64,000 bases of DNA from an uncultured Actinomycetota bacterium. GTDB lineage: Bacteria > Actinomycetota > Actinomycetes > Propionibacteriales > Nocardioidaceae. The translations under genes and the position numbers were made by a program. Position 1 is the stretch's first letter. Each line of letters starts with the position of its first letter. The stretch lies in the NCBI GenBank assembly GCA_963781515.1, contig CAWAGL010000008.1:179488-243487 (forward strand). Reading direction: 5' to 3'. Shown here piece by piece: positions 30,938 to 38,995 of the stretch. Below the pieces are notes generated by a model. It was not told where the DNA came from, did not search any database, and saw only the letters and a list, made by a program, of their open reading frames with translations.

Positions 30938-31510
30938 TCAGCGGTTGGGCTTGTTCTTCCGGCTCTGCGCGCGGTCGGCCTTCTTGGCTGCCTTCCGCTG
31001 GGCCTTGGCCTCGGCCCGGGCGCTGGGCTGCGCCATCACCTCCACCGTGTTCACCGGCGCGACCAGCGACGCGGGCTTGGGGGCCGGACGACGTGTCAGC
31101 TGGAGTGCGTCCTCGGGGGTCGCGGGTGTCGGCGTGCCTGTGACCGTGCCGTCGAGGGACAAGAAGGCCGGCACGGCCGGGACCACCATGCCCATCCTCT
31201 GGGCCTCGGTGGCGATCCGCTGCGGACTGCGCAGCTCGTCGAGCTCGCGACGCAGGGTCTGCTGGCGCGCGGCCATGACCGACGCCCTCTCCTCGAGGCT
31301 GCTCGCCGCGAACGACGCCTGCTGCATGGACGTGTTGAACATCAGCAGGCCGATCACGCCGCCGAGCAGCATCAGGCTGACCAGGGTCACGAACGGGATG
31401 CGTGGCGCACGCACCCGAGCGCGGGGTACGACGCTGAGGCGGGCGCGCTCGACGGCGGCCTCGCCGATGTGGGCGACGCGGGAGCGGAGCTGGACGGCCG
31501 GGCTGCTCAT
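30938..31510 (-). CDS. ftsL: FtsL-like septum formation protein
   Basis: ORF 30938..31786 trimmed to the ATG at 31510 (MSSPAVQLRS...). It has a single TM helix (FVTLVSLMLLGGVIGLLMF) followed by a coiled coil, and sits between rsmH and ftsI. Confidence 0.75.
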   Translation of the reverse strand: MSSPAVQLRSRVAHIGEAAVERARLSVVPRARVRAPRIPFVTLVSLMLLGGVIGLLMFNTSMQQASFAASSLEERASVMAARQQTLRRELDELRSPQRIATEAQRMGMVVPAVPAFLSLDGTVTGTPTPATPEDALQLTRRPAPKPASLVAPVNTVEVMAQPSARAEAKAQRKAAKKADRAQSRKNKPNR

Positions 31511-31511
31511 G

Positions 31512-32522
31512 TCAGGCGACTCCTCGTGACGGCTTCTTGCTGGGTGAGATGCGGGGGCGGGTGCGTTCGACCGCGCGCAGCCGGACCGAGGCGGCACGCG
31601 GGTTCTGCTCGATCTCGTGCTCGTTGGCGACCTCGGCGCCCCGGGTGACCAGGCGCAGCGACGGCTCGGACCCCTCGGGGACGAACGGCAGGTCCTCGGG
31701 CACGTCGAGACGGGTGGCCTCGGTGAAGGCCCGCTTGACCAGCCGGTCCTCGAGCGAGTGGTAGGACTCCACGACGACGCGACCACCGACCCCGATCGCG
31801 TCGATCGCGGCGGGGATGGCCCGCCGGAGCCCGGTCAGCTCGTCGTTGACCTCCATGCGCAGGGCCTGGAAGGTGCGCTTGGCCGGGTGACCGCCGGTGC
31901 GGCGTGCCGGCGCCGGGATCTCGTCGTACAGGAGCTCGACGAGGCGGGCCGACCTGGTGAACGGCTCCCGCTCCCGCTCACGCACGACGGCCCGGGCGAT
32001 CTTGCGGGCGAAGCGCTCCTCGCCGTACTCGCGGAGGATCCTGACGAGCTCGGCGGCCGGGTAGGTGTTGAGCACCTCTGCGGCGGTCTGGCCGGTCGAG
32101 TCGTCCATGCGCATGTCGAGCGGGGCGTCCTCGGCGTAGGCGAAGCCGCGCTCACGGACGTCGAGCTGCATCGAGGAGACACCGAGGTCGAAGAGCACGC
32201 CGTCGACCGATGACAGACCGAGGTCCGCGAGCACGTCGGGGATCTCGTCGTAGACCGCGTGGACGCCGGTGAAGCGGTCGCCGTACGGCGCGAGGCGCTC
32301 GCCGGCCATCACCAGGGCGTGCTGGTCGCGGTCGATGCCGATGACCCGCGCCAGGCTGCAGCGCTCGAGCACCGCCTCGCTGTGGCCGCCGAGGCCGAGG
32401 GTGCAGTCGACCAGCACGCTGTCGGCGTGGTCGAGGGCGGGGGCCAGGAGTGCGACCACCCGGTCCAGCAGCACCGGGACGTGTGAGGGCCGGCTGCGAG
32501 GCCCTGGCCCGTCCTGCGACAT
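31512..32522 (-). CDS. rsmH: 16S rRNA (cytosine1402-N4)-methyltransferase
   Basis: [19 protein letters not shown] and [10 protein letters not shown] motifs. Confidence 0.95.
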   Translation of the reverse strand: MSQDGPGPRSRPSHVPVLLDRVVALLAPALDHADSVLVDCTLGLGGHSEAVLERCSLARVIGIDRDQHALVMAGERLAPYGDRFTGVHAVYDEIPDVLADLGLSSVDGVLFDLGVSSMQLDVRERGFAYAEDAPLDMRMDDSTGQTAAEVLNTYPAAELVRILREYGEERFARKIARAVVREREREPFTRSARLVELLYDEIPAPARRTGGHPAKRTFQALRMEVNDELTGLRRAIPAAIDAIGVGGRVVVESYHSLEDRLVKRAFTEATRLDVPEDLPFVPEGSEPSLRLVTRGAEVANEHEIEQNPRAASVRLRAVERTRPRISPSKKPSRGVA

Positions 32523-32528
32523 CGACGA

Positions 32529-32690
32529 CTACCGGCCCAGCGTGGTGAGCAGGAGCAGTCCGACGGCGAGGCCCCCGGATGCGAGTGCGGAGAAGGCCAT
32601 CAGCGCGATCACGGCCCGGGCCTGGTCGCGGACGCGCGGTGGACGCCGGTCCGTCGTACCCGCCCCTGCAACGTGAAGTGCGTTGCTCAT
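32529..32690 (-). CDS. candidate 53-aa small membrane protein / upstream ORF ending 6 nt before the rsmH ATG
   Basis: Hand translation: MSNALHVAGAGTTDRRPPRVRDQARAVIALMAFSALASGGLAVGLLLLTTLGR*. It is below the 60-aa cutoff of the ORF track. There is one clear TM helix, and GC3 is high in the 3' half. There is no strong SD and no homology check was possible. Confidence 0.35.
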   Translation of the reverse strand: MSNALHVAGAGTTDRRPPRVRDQARAVIALMAFSALASGGLAVGLLLLTTLGR

Positions 32691-32860
32691 GATCTCGACC
32701 CCAACTGTTTCGGTGCTGCTGACTTCCTGCCGTGGTGCATGTGACGCCGCTTGGCCAGGTCCCTGCCCGCTCCCTCGATGGGAAGTGCCGTCTGGTGCCG
32801 GGGAAGTGACCCCAGATGGCTCGGGAGAACGGGCACGAGACCTCGCCCTGCGGTGTCTGT

Positions 32861-32884
32861 TCTGTTGTCGTGTCTGTTGTCGTG
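32861..32884. repeat. 12-bp tandem repeat (tctgttgtcgtg x2, plus a partial copy upstream) in a locally GC-poor patch just downstream of the mraZ stop
   Basis: Read directly in lines 32821-32881. Confidence 0.8.
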
Positions 32885-32891
32885 CTGACCC

Positions 32892-33320
32892 CTAGATGCC
32901 GGGGAAGACCTCGTCGGACAGGTCCGAGAACTTCTGCTCCTGCTCCTCGGAGTACGCCGTCCAGGCCGTCGGGTCCCAGATCTCGATGCGGTTCATCGAG
33001 CCGATGACCACCACGTCCTTGCGGAGCGAGGCGTACTCCCGCAGGACCGACGGGATGGAGATCCGGCCCTGCTTGTCCGGCACCTCGTTGGAGGCGGCGG
33101 CGAACAACATGCGCGAGTAGTCACGAGCGCCCTTGACGGTGAGCGGCGCCGCGGCCAGGCGTTCGTAGAGCTTCTGGAAGTCGTCCATGGACCAGACCGT
33201 CAAGCAGCGTTCCTGCCCTCTGGTCACCACGAGTCCCTCCGCCAGTTGCTCCCTGAACTTCGCCGGGAGGAACAGCCGACCCTTCTCGTCGAGCTTCGGG
33301 GTGTAGGTGCCGAAGAACAT
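32892..33320 (-). CDS. mraZ: transcriptional regulator MraZ
   Basis: MFFGTYTPKLDEKGRLFLPAKFREQL plus a second SpoVT/AbrB-like half (DKQGRISIPSVLREY). First gene of the dcw cluster. Confidence 0.95.
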   Translation of the reverse strand: MFFGTYTPKLDEKGRLFLPAKFREQLAEGLVVTRGQERCLTVWSMDDFQKLYERLAAAPLTVKGARDYSRMLFAAASNEVPDKQGRISIPSVLREYASLRKDVVVIGSMNRIEIWDPTAWTAYSEEQEQKFSDLSDEVFPGI

Positions 33321-33360
33321 CCGGACCCTCCCCGCTGCCGACGGGAGAAATCGACCTTTC

Positions 33361-33402
33361 CTCCACTTCGCACCACTCTACTCCACATCACTCCACCGTC
33401 AA
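33361..33402 (-). promoter_or_regulatory. putative Pmra promoter (TTGACG-16nt-TAGAGT) overlapped by four 10-bp-phased GTGGAG/GTGGTG boxes (candidate MraZ operator)
   Basis: The plus strand shows C(T/A)CCAC starting exactly at 33361, 33371, 33381 and 33391. On the sense strand, TTGACG lies at 33402..33397 and TAGAGT at 33380..33375. The nearest box is 40 nt upstream of the mraZ ATG. Confidence 0.5.
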
Positions 33403-33540
33403 CCATCTTTCGGGTGTTTTGCCCCCGGATCCGGGCGCGTTCCCACGTCGACCGGGGCCGACCGCCTCCGCCCCGGTCCGGGCGCCCGGACGCTCGCTGA
33501 GCGTGGATTCGGCGCTCCCGCCGCCCGTCGTACCGTCCGG

Positions 33541-33590
33541 GTGGAGCGCTGGTGGAGGAGATCCCCCGCCGGTGGAGGAAAGTGGTGGAG
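33541..33590 (+). repeat. second cluster of GTGGAG hexamers, in the opposite orientation to the mraZ-proximal boxes
   Basis: GTGGAG occurs at 33541, 33552, 33572 and 33585, and GTGGTG at 33582, all on the plus strand. Confidence 0.6.
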
Positions 33591-33599
33591 ATGCCGGGG

Positions 33600-33658
33600 T
33601 AGTCCAGTCGCAACGTGTCGGGGCCGGGGCACCGGGGCGACAGGTTGCGACTGGACTA
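33600..33658. repeat. 59-nt palindromic element, copy A (TAGTCCAGTCG...CGACTGGACTA)
   Basis: Outer 15-bp perfect inverted repeat TAGTCCAGTCGCAAC / GTTGCGACTGGACTA and inner TGTCG / CGACA. It has the same length and termini as the copy at 52119-52177. Confidence 0.85.
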
Positions 33659-33660
33659 TC

Positions 33661-33687
33661 CGAACGGGGCGAACGGGGCGAGCGGGT
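33661..33687. repeat. 9-bp tandem repeat x3 (cgaacgggg cgaacgggg cgagcgggt) abutting palindrome copy A
   Basis: Read directly in line 33661. Confidence 0.8.
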
Positions 33688-33752
33688 ATCTTGCCCGCAC
33701 GCCCTAGGGTGTTTGTGAAGCAGATCTCATCGTGTGCAGGGAAGGGTTTCGC

Positions 33753-34760
33753 GTGACTGAGGCGACTGGCCGGCCGGCTGGAGACGGGGCCGATCTCGAC
33801 ACCTTGAGCCGGGTCACCGGCCGGGTGCGGCACAACATCGAGAAGGTCATCGAGGGCAAGCCCGACGTGGTGACGGCTGCGCTGGTGGTGATGCTCGCCG
33901 AAGGGCACCTCCTGATCGAGGACGTGCCCGGGGTCGGCAAGACCATGCTGAGCAAGGCGCTGGCGCGCAGCATCGACTGCACCGTGCGCCGCATCCAGTT
34001 CACTCCCGACCTGCTGCCCTCCGACGTCACCGGGGTCTCGGTGTTCAACCAGGACACCCGGGAGTTCGAGTTCCGCCCGGGCGGCGTGTTCGCCAACATC
34101 GTGGTCGGCGACGAGATCAACCGGGCCTCCCCCAAGACCCAGTCGGCGCTCCTCGAGTGCATGGAGGAACGCCAGGTCACCGTCGACAACGCGACCTACT
34201 ACCTCGAGGCGCCGTTCATGGTGATCGCGACCCAGAACCCCATCGAGATGGAGGGCACCTATGCCCTCCCCGAGGCCCAGCGCGACCGCTTCATGGCCCG
34301 GGTGTCGGTCGGCTACCCGGTCGAGGCCGCCGAGATAGCGATGCTGAACTCCCACACGCGGAGCAACCCGCTCGACGACCTCGAGCCGGTCACCGACGCC
34401 AGCGAGATCCGCAAGCTGGTCCAGATCGTCGGCCAGGTGCACGTCTCCGAGGCGGTCCAGCGGTACGCCGTCAACCTCACCACCGCCACCCGGCACAGCA
34501 CCGAGCTGATGCTGGGCGCCTCCCCGCGCGCGACCCTGCACCTGGTGCGGGCGTCGAAGGCCGCGGCCGCGATGGCAGGTCGTGACTACGTGCTGCCCGA
34601 CGACCTGCATGCCCTGGCCGGGCCGGTGCTGGCCCACCGGCTGCTGCCCAACGTCGAGGCGGCCATGAGCGGTCGCAGCAGCACCACGATCCTCGACGGC
34701 ATCGTCGACAGCGTTCCGGTCCCCACCGGCACCCCGGTCTCCGCGGCCGGTCGTGCGTGA
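33753..34760 (+). CDS. MoxR-family AAA+ ATPase
   Basis: Walker A EDVPGVGKT and Walker B/sensor region VGDEINRASPKTQSALLECMEE. I prefer GTG at 33753, which is preceded by GGGAAGGG; the ORF track starts at 33732. Confidence 0.9.
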   Translation: MTEATGRPAGDGADLDTLSRVTGRVRHNIEKVIEGKPDVVTAALVVMLAEGHLLIEDVPGVGKTMLSKALARSIDCTVRRIQFTPDLLPSDVTGVSVFNQDTREFEFRPGGVFANIVVGDEINRASPKTQSALLECMEERQVTVDNATYYLEAPFMVIATQNPIEMEGTYALPEAQRDRFMARVSVGYPVEAAEIAMLNSHTRSNPLDDLEPVTDASEIRKLVQIVGQVHVSEAVQRYAVNLTTATRHSTELMLGASPRATLHLVRASKAAAAMAGRDYVLPDDLHALAGPVLAHRLLPNVEAAMSGRSSTTILDGIVDSVPVPTGTPVSAAGRA

Positions 34761-36048
34761 GGCGCTCGCAGGCCTGACCGTCCGCGGGCGGGCGTTCCTC
34801 GCCGCCGGCGTCACGGCCATCGTCTGCGCCCTGGTGCTCGACCAGCCGACGCTGGCCCGGGTCGGCGTCCTGGCCGCAGCACTGCCGCTGGTGACGGCGT
34901 CCTTCATCGCCCGCTCGCGCTACCGCCTGGCACTGGTCCGCACCGTGACGCCGCAGCTGGTCGCCGCCGGACAGCCGGCACGGGTGCAGCTCACCCTGAC
35001 CAACGAGGGCCGCACGCCGACCGGGGTGCTGCTCCTCGAGGACCAGGTGCCCTACGTGCTCGGCACCCGGCCGCGGTTCGTGCTCGAGGGCATCGGGCAC
35101 GGCTGGCGGCGGCACGTGACCTACCAGATCCGCTCCGACACACGCGGCCACTTCGACATCGGCCCGATGACGGTGCGGGTCAGCGACCCGTTCGGCCTCG
35201 TCGAGCTCGGGCGCTCCTTCCACAGCAGCGCGCCGCTCACCGTCACCCCCCGCACCGTGCCGCTCCCCCAGATCCCCGTGGGCGGCGCCTGGACCGGGTC
35301 CGGTGACAACCGGCCGCGCGCGTTCGCCATCGGCAGCGCGGAGGACGTCACGGTGCGCGAGTACCGCCGCGGTGACGACCTCCGTCGCGTGCACTGGCGC
35401 AGCTCGGCGCGTGTGGGTGAGCTGATGGTGCGTCGCGAGGAGCAGCCCTGGCAGTCGCGGGCGACGCTCTTCCTCGACAACCGGCTCATCTCCCACCGCG
35501 GGCAGGGCATCGCCTCGTCGCTCGAGACCGCCGTCTCGGCCGCTGCCTCGATCGCCGTGCACCTGACGCACCGCGGCTTCAGCGTCCGGCTCGTGACCGC
35601 GCAGGGCGAGGACCGCAGCACGGCGTGGCACTTCCGCGACGCCGACGTCAACACCGCTCCGCTGCTCGAGGCCCTCGCCGTCGTGCAGCACGAGCACCAG
35701 CCCAGGCTCGACACCGGCTGGTTGACCGAGTCGGGACGTGGGGGCCTCGTCGTCGCCGTGCTCGGTGCCGTGTCGCCGACCGACCAGCCCTTCCTCTCCC
35801 GCCTGCTGCACCACAGCAACGCCTCCATGGCGCTCGCCCTGGATGTGGACGCGTGGGCCCCGCACCTCTCGCGCAGCACCACCGGCAGCACCACCGGCAG
35901 CGCCGCGCCTGCGCTGGTGGCGCAGGGCTGGCGCGCGGTGTCGCTCGGCCCGCGCGAACGGCTCGATGCGGCCTGGCAGGAGCTGGGCCGCTCCGGACGA
36001 CGCGGCCGCACCGCGGGCTCGACGACACCCGAGGCGGCGATCCGATGA
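34753..36048 (+). CDS. DUF58 domain protein (MoxR-associated, vWA-like)
   Basis: Two N-terminal TM helices and the DUF58 signature region VREYRRGDDLRRVHWRSSAR. 8-nt overlap with the moxR stop. Confidence 0.85.
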   Translation: MREALAGLTVRGRAFLAAGVTAIVCALVLDQPTLARVGVLAAALPLVTASFIARSRYRLALVRTVTPQLVAAGQPARVQLTLTNEGRTPTGVLLLEDQVPYVLGTRPRFVLEGIGHGWRRHVTYQIRSDTRGHFDIGPMTVRVSDPFGLVELGRSFHSSAPLTVTPRTVPLPQIPVGGAWTGSGDNRPRAFAIGSAEDVTVREYRRGDDLRRVHWRSSARVGELMVRREEQPWQSRATLFLDNRLISHRGQGIASSLETAVSAAASIAVHLTHRGFSVRLVTAQGEDRSTAWHFRDADVNTAPLLEALAVVQHEHQPRLDTGWLTESGRGGLVVAVLGAVSPTDQPFLSRLLHHSNASMALALDVDAWAPHLSRSTTGSTTGSAAPALVAQGWRAVSLGPRERLDAAWQELGRSGRRGRTAGSTTPEAAIR

Positions 36049-38414
36049 CACGCTCCCGCAGCGGGCTCGCCCGGGGCGCCGCCCTGTCGACTGCCTGCGC
36101 GCTGACCGTCCTGGTCACCGTGGTGTCGTGGCGCGGCCTGACCGAGGACGCCGCCCGGTTCCTCGTGCCCCTGTTCTTCATCGGCCTGGTCAACGCCGGC
36201 GTCGGCACCGTCACCCGCTGGCTGCGCTGGCCGGTGCTCGCGGTGTTCACCGTGCAGGCCGTGGTGGCCGCGCTCCTCGTGCTCGAGGTCGTCGCGGGGT
36301 CGCTGCTGCCCGGGCCGGACACCCTCGCCGCGTTCGGTGCCGCCGTACGCGACGCGATGGACTCCTCGACGCGCTACGCCGCCCCGGTGCCGGCCAGGGT
36401 CGCGCCGGTGACGCCGCTGCTGCTCATGGGCGGGGTCGCCGGCATGCTGCTCGTCGACCTGGTGGCGGTGTCCTGGCAGCGCGTCGCACTGGCGGGGCTG
36501 CCGCTGCTGGCGCTCTACAGCCTGCCGGCCAGCCTGCCTGTGGGCGGCGTCTCGTGGTGGCTCTTCGCGCTGATGGCGGGTGGCTTCCTGCTGATGTTGT
36601 TCCTGCAGCACGACGAGCACCTCTCCCGCTGGGGACGCGGGCTCAACCAGCGCGAGGAGGATGCCGACCCGACCGCGTTCGGGGTGCGCACCGGTGCCGT
36701 CCGCGGCACCGCGTTCGCCATGGGTGGCATCGCGACCGCCCTCGCGCTCGTCGTACCCATGGCGCTCCCGTCGGTGGGCCTCGACCTCTTCGACGGACCG
36801 GGCATCGGCTCGGGCGGCGACGTCACCATCACGAGCCCGATGGTCGACCTCCGGCGGGACCTCGTACGCGACCAGGACGTGCCGCTCATGCAGGTGAGCA
36901 CGTCGGGGCCGCGACCCGACTACGTCCGCATCTCCGTGCTGACCAAGTTCAACGGGAACCAGTGGACCCCCGGCAACCGCGACATCCCGCCGACCCAGGT
37001 GGCGCGGGGCACGATGCCGCCTCTGCAGGGCGTCTCGGATCTCGTCCGCCGCAAGGAGTGGCCGTACTCGTTCGTCGCGACCGACAACTTCGCCTCGACC
37101 TGGCTGCCGACGGTCTCCTCGGTCACCTCGATCGACACCCCGGGTGACTGGCGCTTCGACCGCAAGACGATGGACTTCATCGCGAGCAGCGAGGACCTCA
37201 GCACCGCGGGCCAGCGGTGGCAGATGACCGGCGTCGACCTGACCTACGACGAGACCCGGCTCGATGACGCACCGCCCGGCAACACCGGGGTCTCGCTGGA
37301 GTTCCTGGAGATCCCGAGCAACCTTCCGCCGATCGTGCGCGACCTCGCCGCGCAGGTGACCGCCAACGAGCCCACCGAGTTCCGCAAGGCGCGGGCCCTG
37401 CAGAACTGGTTCCGCTCGGAGTTCACCTACAGCCTCGACAACGTCGACGCCGTCGACAACAGGGGTCTCGAGGTCTTCCTCAGCGAGGGCGGTCGAGTGG
37501 GCTACTGCGAGCAGTTCGCCGCGTCGATGGCGCTGATGGCGAGATCGTTGGGCATCCCGGCCCGGGTCGCGGTCGGCTTCCTGCAGCCGGCCTCCGTGGG
37601 TGCCGACCGCTGGCAGTTCTCCTCGCACGACCTGCACGCCTGGCCGGAGCTGTACTTCGCCGGGTCCGGCTGGGTGCGCTTCGAACCGACGCCGGCCGAC
37701 CGGGCCCCCAACGCCCCCGGCTACACCGAGGGCAACCTGCCCGCGGCCCAGCCGACCGTGGCCCCCAGCAGCGGCGCCACCAACGACGAGGCGGTGCCCG
37801 ACCGCACCACCGAGGACCCCAGCGCCGTGACCGGCGACGAGTCGGGCGGCGCCGGCGGGGTCATCCCGTGGCGGCTCGTCGTCGGGATCCTGGCCGGGCT
37901 GGCCCTGGTGGTCGGGCTCCTGCTCGTGCCGCGACTGGTACGCCGGCGCCGAGGTCGGGCGCGCTGGCACGCCGGCGACATCGAGTCGGCCTGGCAGGAG
38001 CTGCGCGACAGCGTGGTCGACCTGGGTCATTCCTGGCCGGCCGGCCGATCACCTCGTGCGGCCGGGTTGGCCGTCGCCGCCCTCTTCGGTGCAGCGGACG
38101 GCGCCGACCAGCAGCGCCCTGCGCGGGGGCCGGAGCTGGCGCCCGACGCCCTCGCGGCGCTCGACCGCCTCGTCGTACGCATCGAGCGCTCGCGCTATGC
38201 CCGTCCGGGCTCCACGCCCTCCCACGACCCGGCCGAGGTGCGCGCCGATGTCGAGGAGTGCGTCGCTGCCCTCGCCCTGGGGGTCGCGCCGAGGGCCCGG
38301 CAGCGGGCCCGGTGGTGGCCGACGTCGGTGCTGAGTCGGGACCGGGTGGTCGCCGTCGAGGTGGCCGAGGCGCAGGTCGCCACCGTTGGAGGAACGCCCG
38401 ACCACGTGGGGTGA
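36045..38414 (+). CDS. polytopic transglutaminase-like protein (TgpA / DUF3488-type)
   Basis: ORF trimmed to the ATG at 36045, giving an ATGA overlap with DUF58. There are multiple N-terminal TM helices. The transglutaminase core reads GYCEQFAASMALMARSLGIPARVAVGF...HAWPELYF...GWVRFEPT. Confidence 0.88.
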   Translation: MTRSRSGLARGAALSTACALTVLVTVVSWRGLTEDAARFLVPLFFIGLVNAGVGTVTRWLRWPVLAVFTVQAVVAALLVLEVVAGSLLPGPDTLAAFGAAVRDAMDSSTRYAAPVPARVAPVTPLLLMGGVAGMLLVDLVAVSWQRVALAGLPLLALYSLPASLPVGGVSWWLFALMAGGFLLMLFLQHDEHLSRWGRGLNQREEDADPTAFGVRTGAVRGTAFAMGGIATALALVVPMALPSVGLDLFDGPGIGSGGDVTITSPMVDLRRDLVRDQDVPLMQVSTSGPRPDYVRISVLTKFNGNQWTPGNRDIPPTQVARGTMPPLQGVSDLVRRKEWPYSFVATDNFASTWLPTVSSVTSIDTPGDWRFDRKTMDFIASSEDLSTAGQRWQMTGVDLTYDETRLDDAPPGNTGVSLEFLEIPSNLPPIVRDLAAQVTANEPTEFRKARALQNWFRSEFTYSLDNVDAVDNRGLEVFLSEGGRVGYCEQFAASMALMARSLGIPARVAVGFLQPASVGADRWQFSSHDLHAWPELYFAGSGWVRFEPTPADRAPNAPGYTEGNLPAAQPTVAPSSGATNDEAVPDRTTEDPSAVTGDESGGAGGVIPWRLVVGILAGLALVVGLLLVPRLVRRRRGRARWHAGDIESAWQELRDSVVDLGHSWPAGRSPRAAGLAVAALFGAADGADQQRPARGPELAPDALAALDRLVVRIERSRYARPGSTPSHDPAEVRADVEECVAALALGVAPRARQRARWWPTSVLSRDRVVAVEVAEAQVATVGGTPDHVG

Positions 38415-38445
38415 GTGGCTCCGGGGCCGGTCGACGCAGGTGGTC

Positions 38446-38868
38446 TCAGAAGCCGGTTTCGCGCCGGCGTCGCCAGCGCTCCTCGATCCGCTCCATGAAG
38501 GAGCCGCCGGACGACGCGGCCCGGGTCTTGTGCCGGCGGCCGCCGTCGACCACTCCGAAGCCGCCGTGCGAGGTCTCGCGCGGCGCGGCCTGCTCGTTGC
38601 CGCGGCCCTGCCACGAGGTCAGTGCGACGGCTGCGGCTGCCAACATGACCAGGAAGCCGATGATGCCGACCCAGGCCCGCTCGGTGATGGCACCGGTCAT
38701 CAGGACGGCGACGCCGACCAGGAACACGCCAGCGGCGAGGACGGCACGACGGCGGGAGCGACGGGCGAAGGCGGTGCCGCGCAGGGTGTGCGCGAACTTG
38801 GGGTCCTCCTCGACAAGGGCACGTTCCATCTGCTCCAGAAGACGCAGTTCCTCTTCGGAGAGCGGCAC
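38446..38868 (-). CDS. DUF3040 family membrane protein
   Basis: GTG at 38868, 4 nt after AGGAGGAA. VPLSEEELRLLEQMERALVEEDPKFA is the typical DUF3040 opening, followed by two TM helices. Confidence 0.8.
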   Translation of the reverse strand: MPLSEEELRLLEQMERALVEEDPKFAHTLRGTAFARRSRRRAVLAAGVFLVGVAVLMTGAITERAWVGIIGFLVMLAAAAVALTSWQGRGNEQAAPRETSHGGFGVVDGGRRHKTRAASSGGSFMERIEERWRRRRETGF

Positions 38869-38995
38869 GGTTCCTCCTGACCCAGGTCGATGCGCGGCGG
38901 CCCGCGTTGCAGCAAGTCTAGGCAGGGCCTCCCCAAGACGGTAGGCGGCTCGGGAAATTCGCTGTCGAATCTTGGCCACCGGTCGTCTGGGCGGG

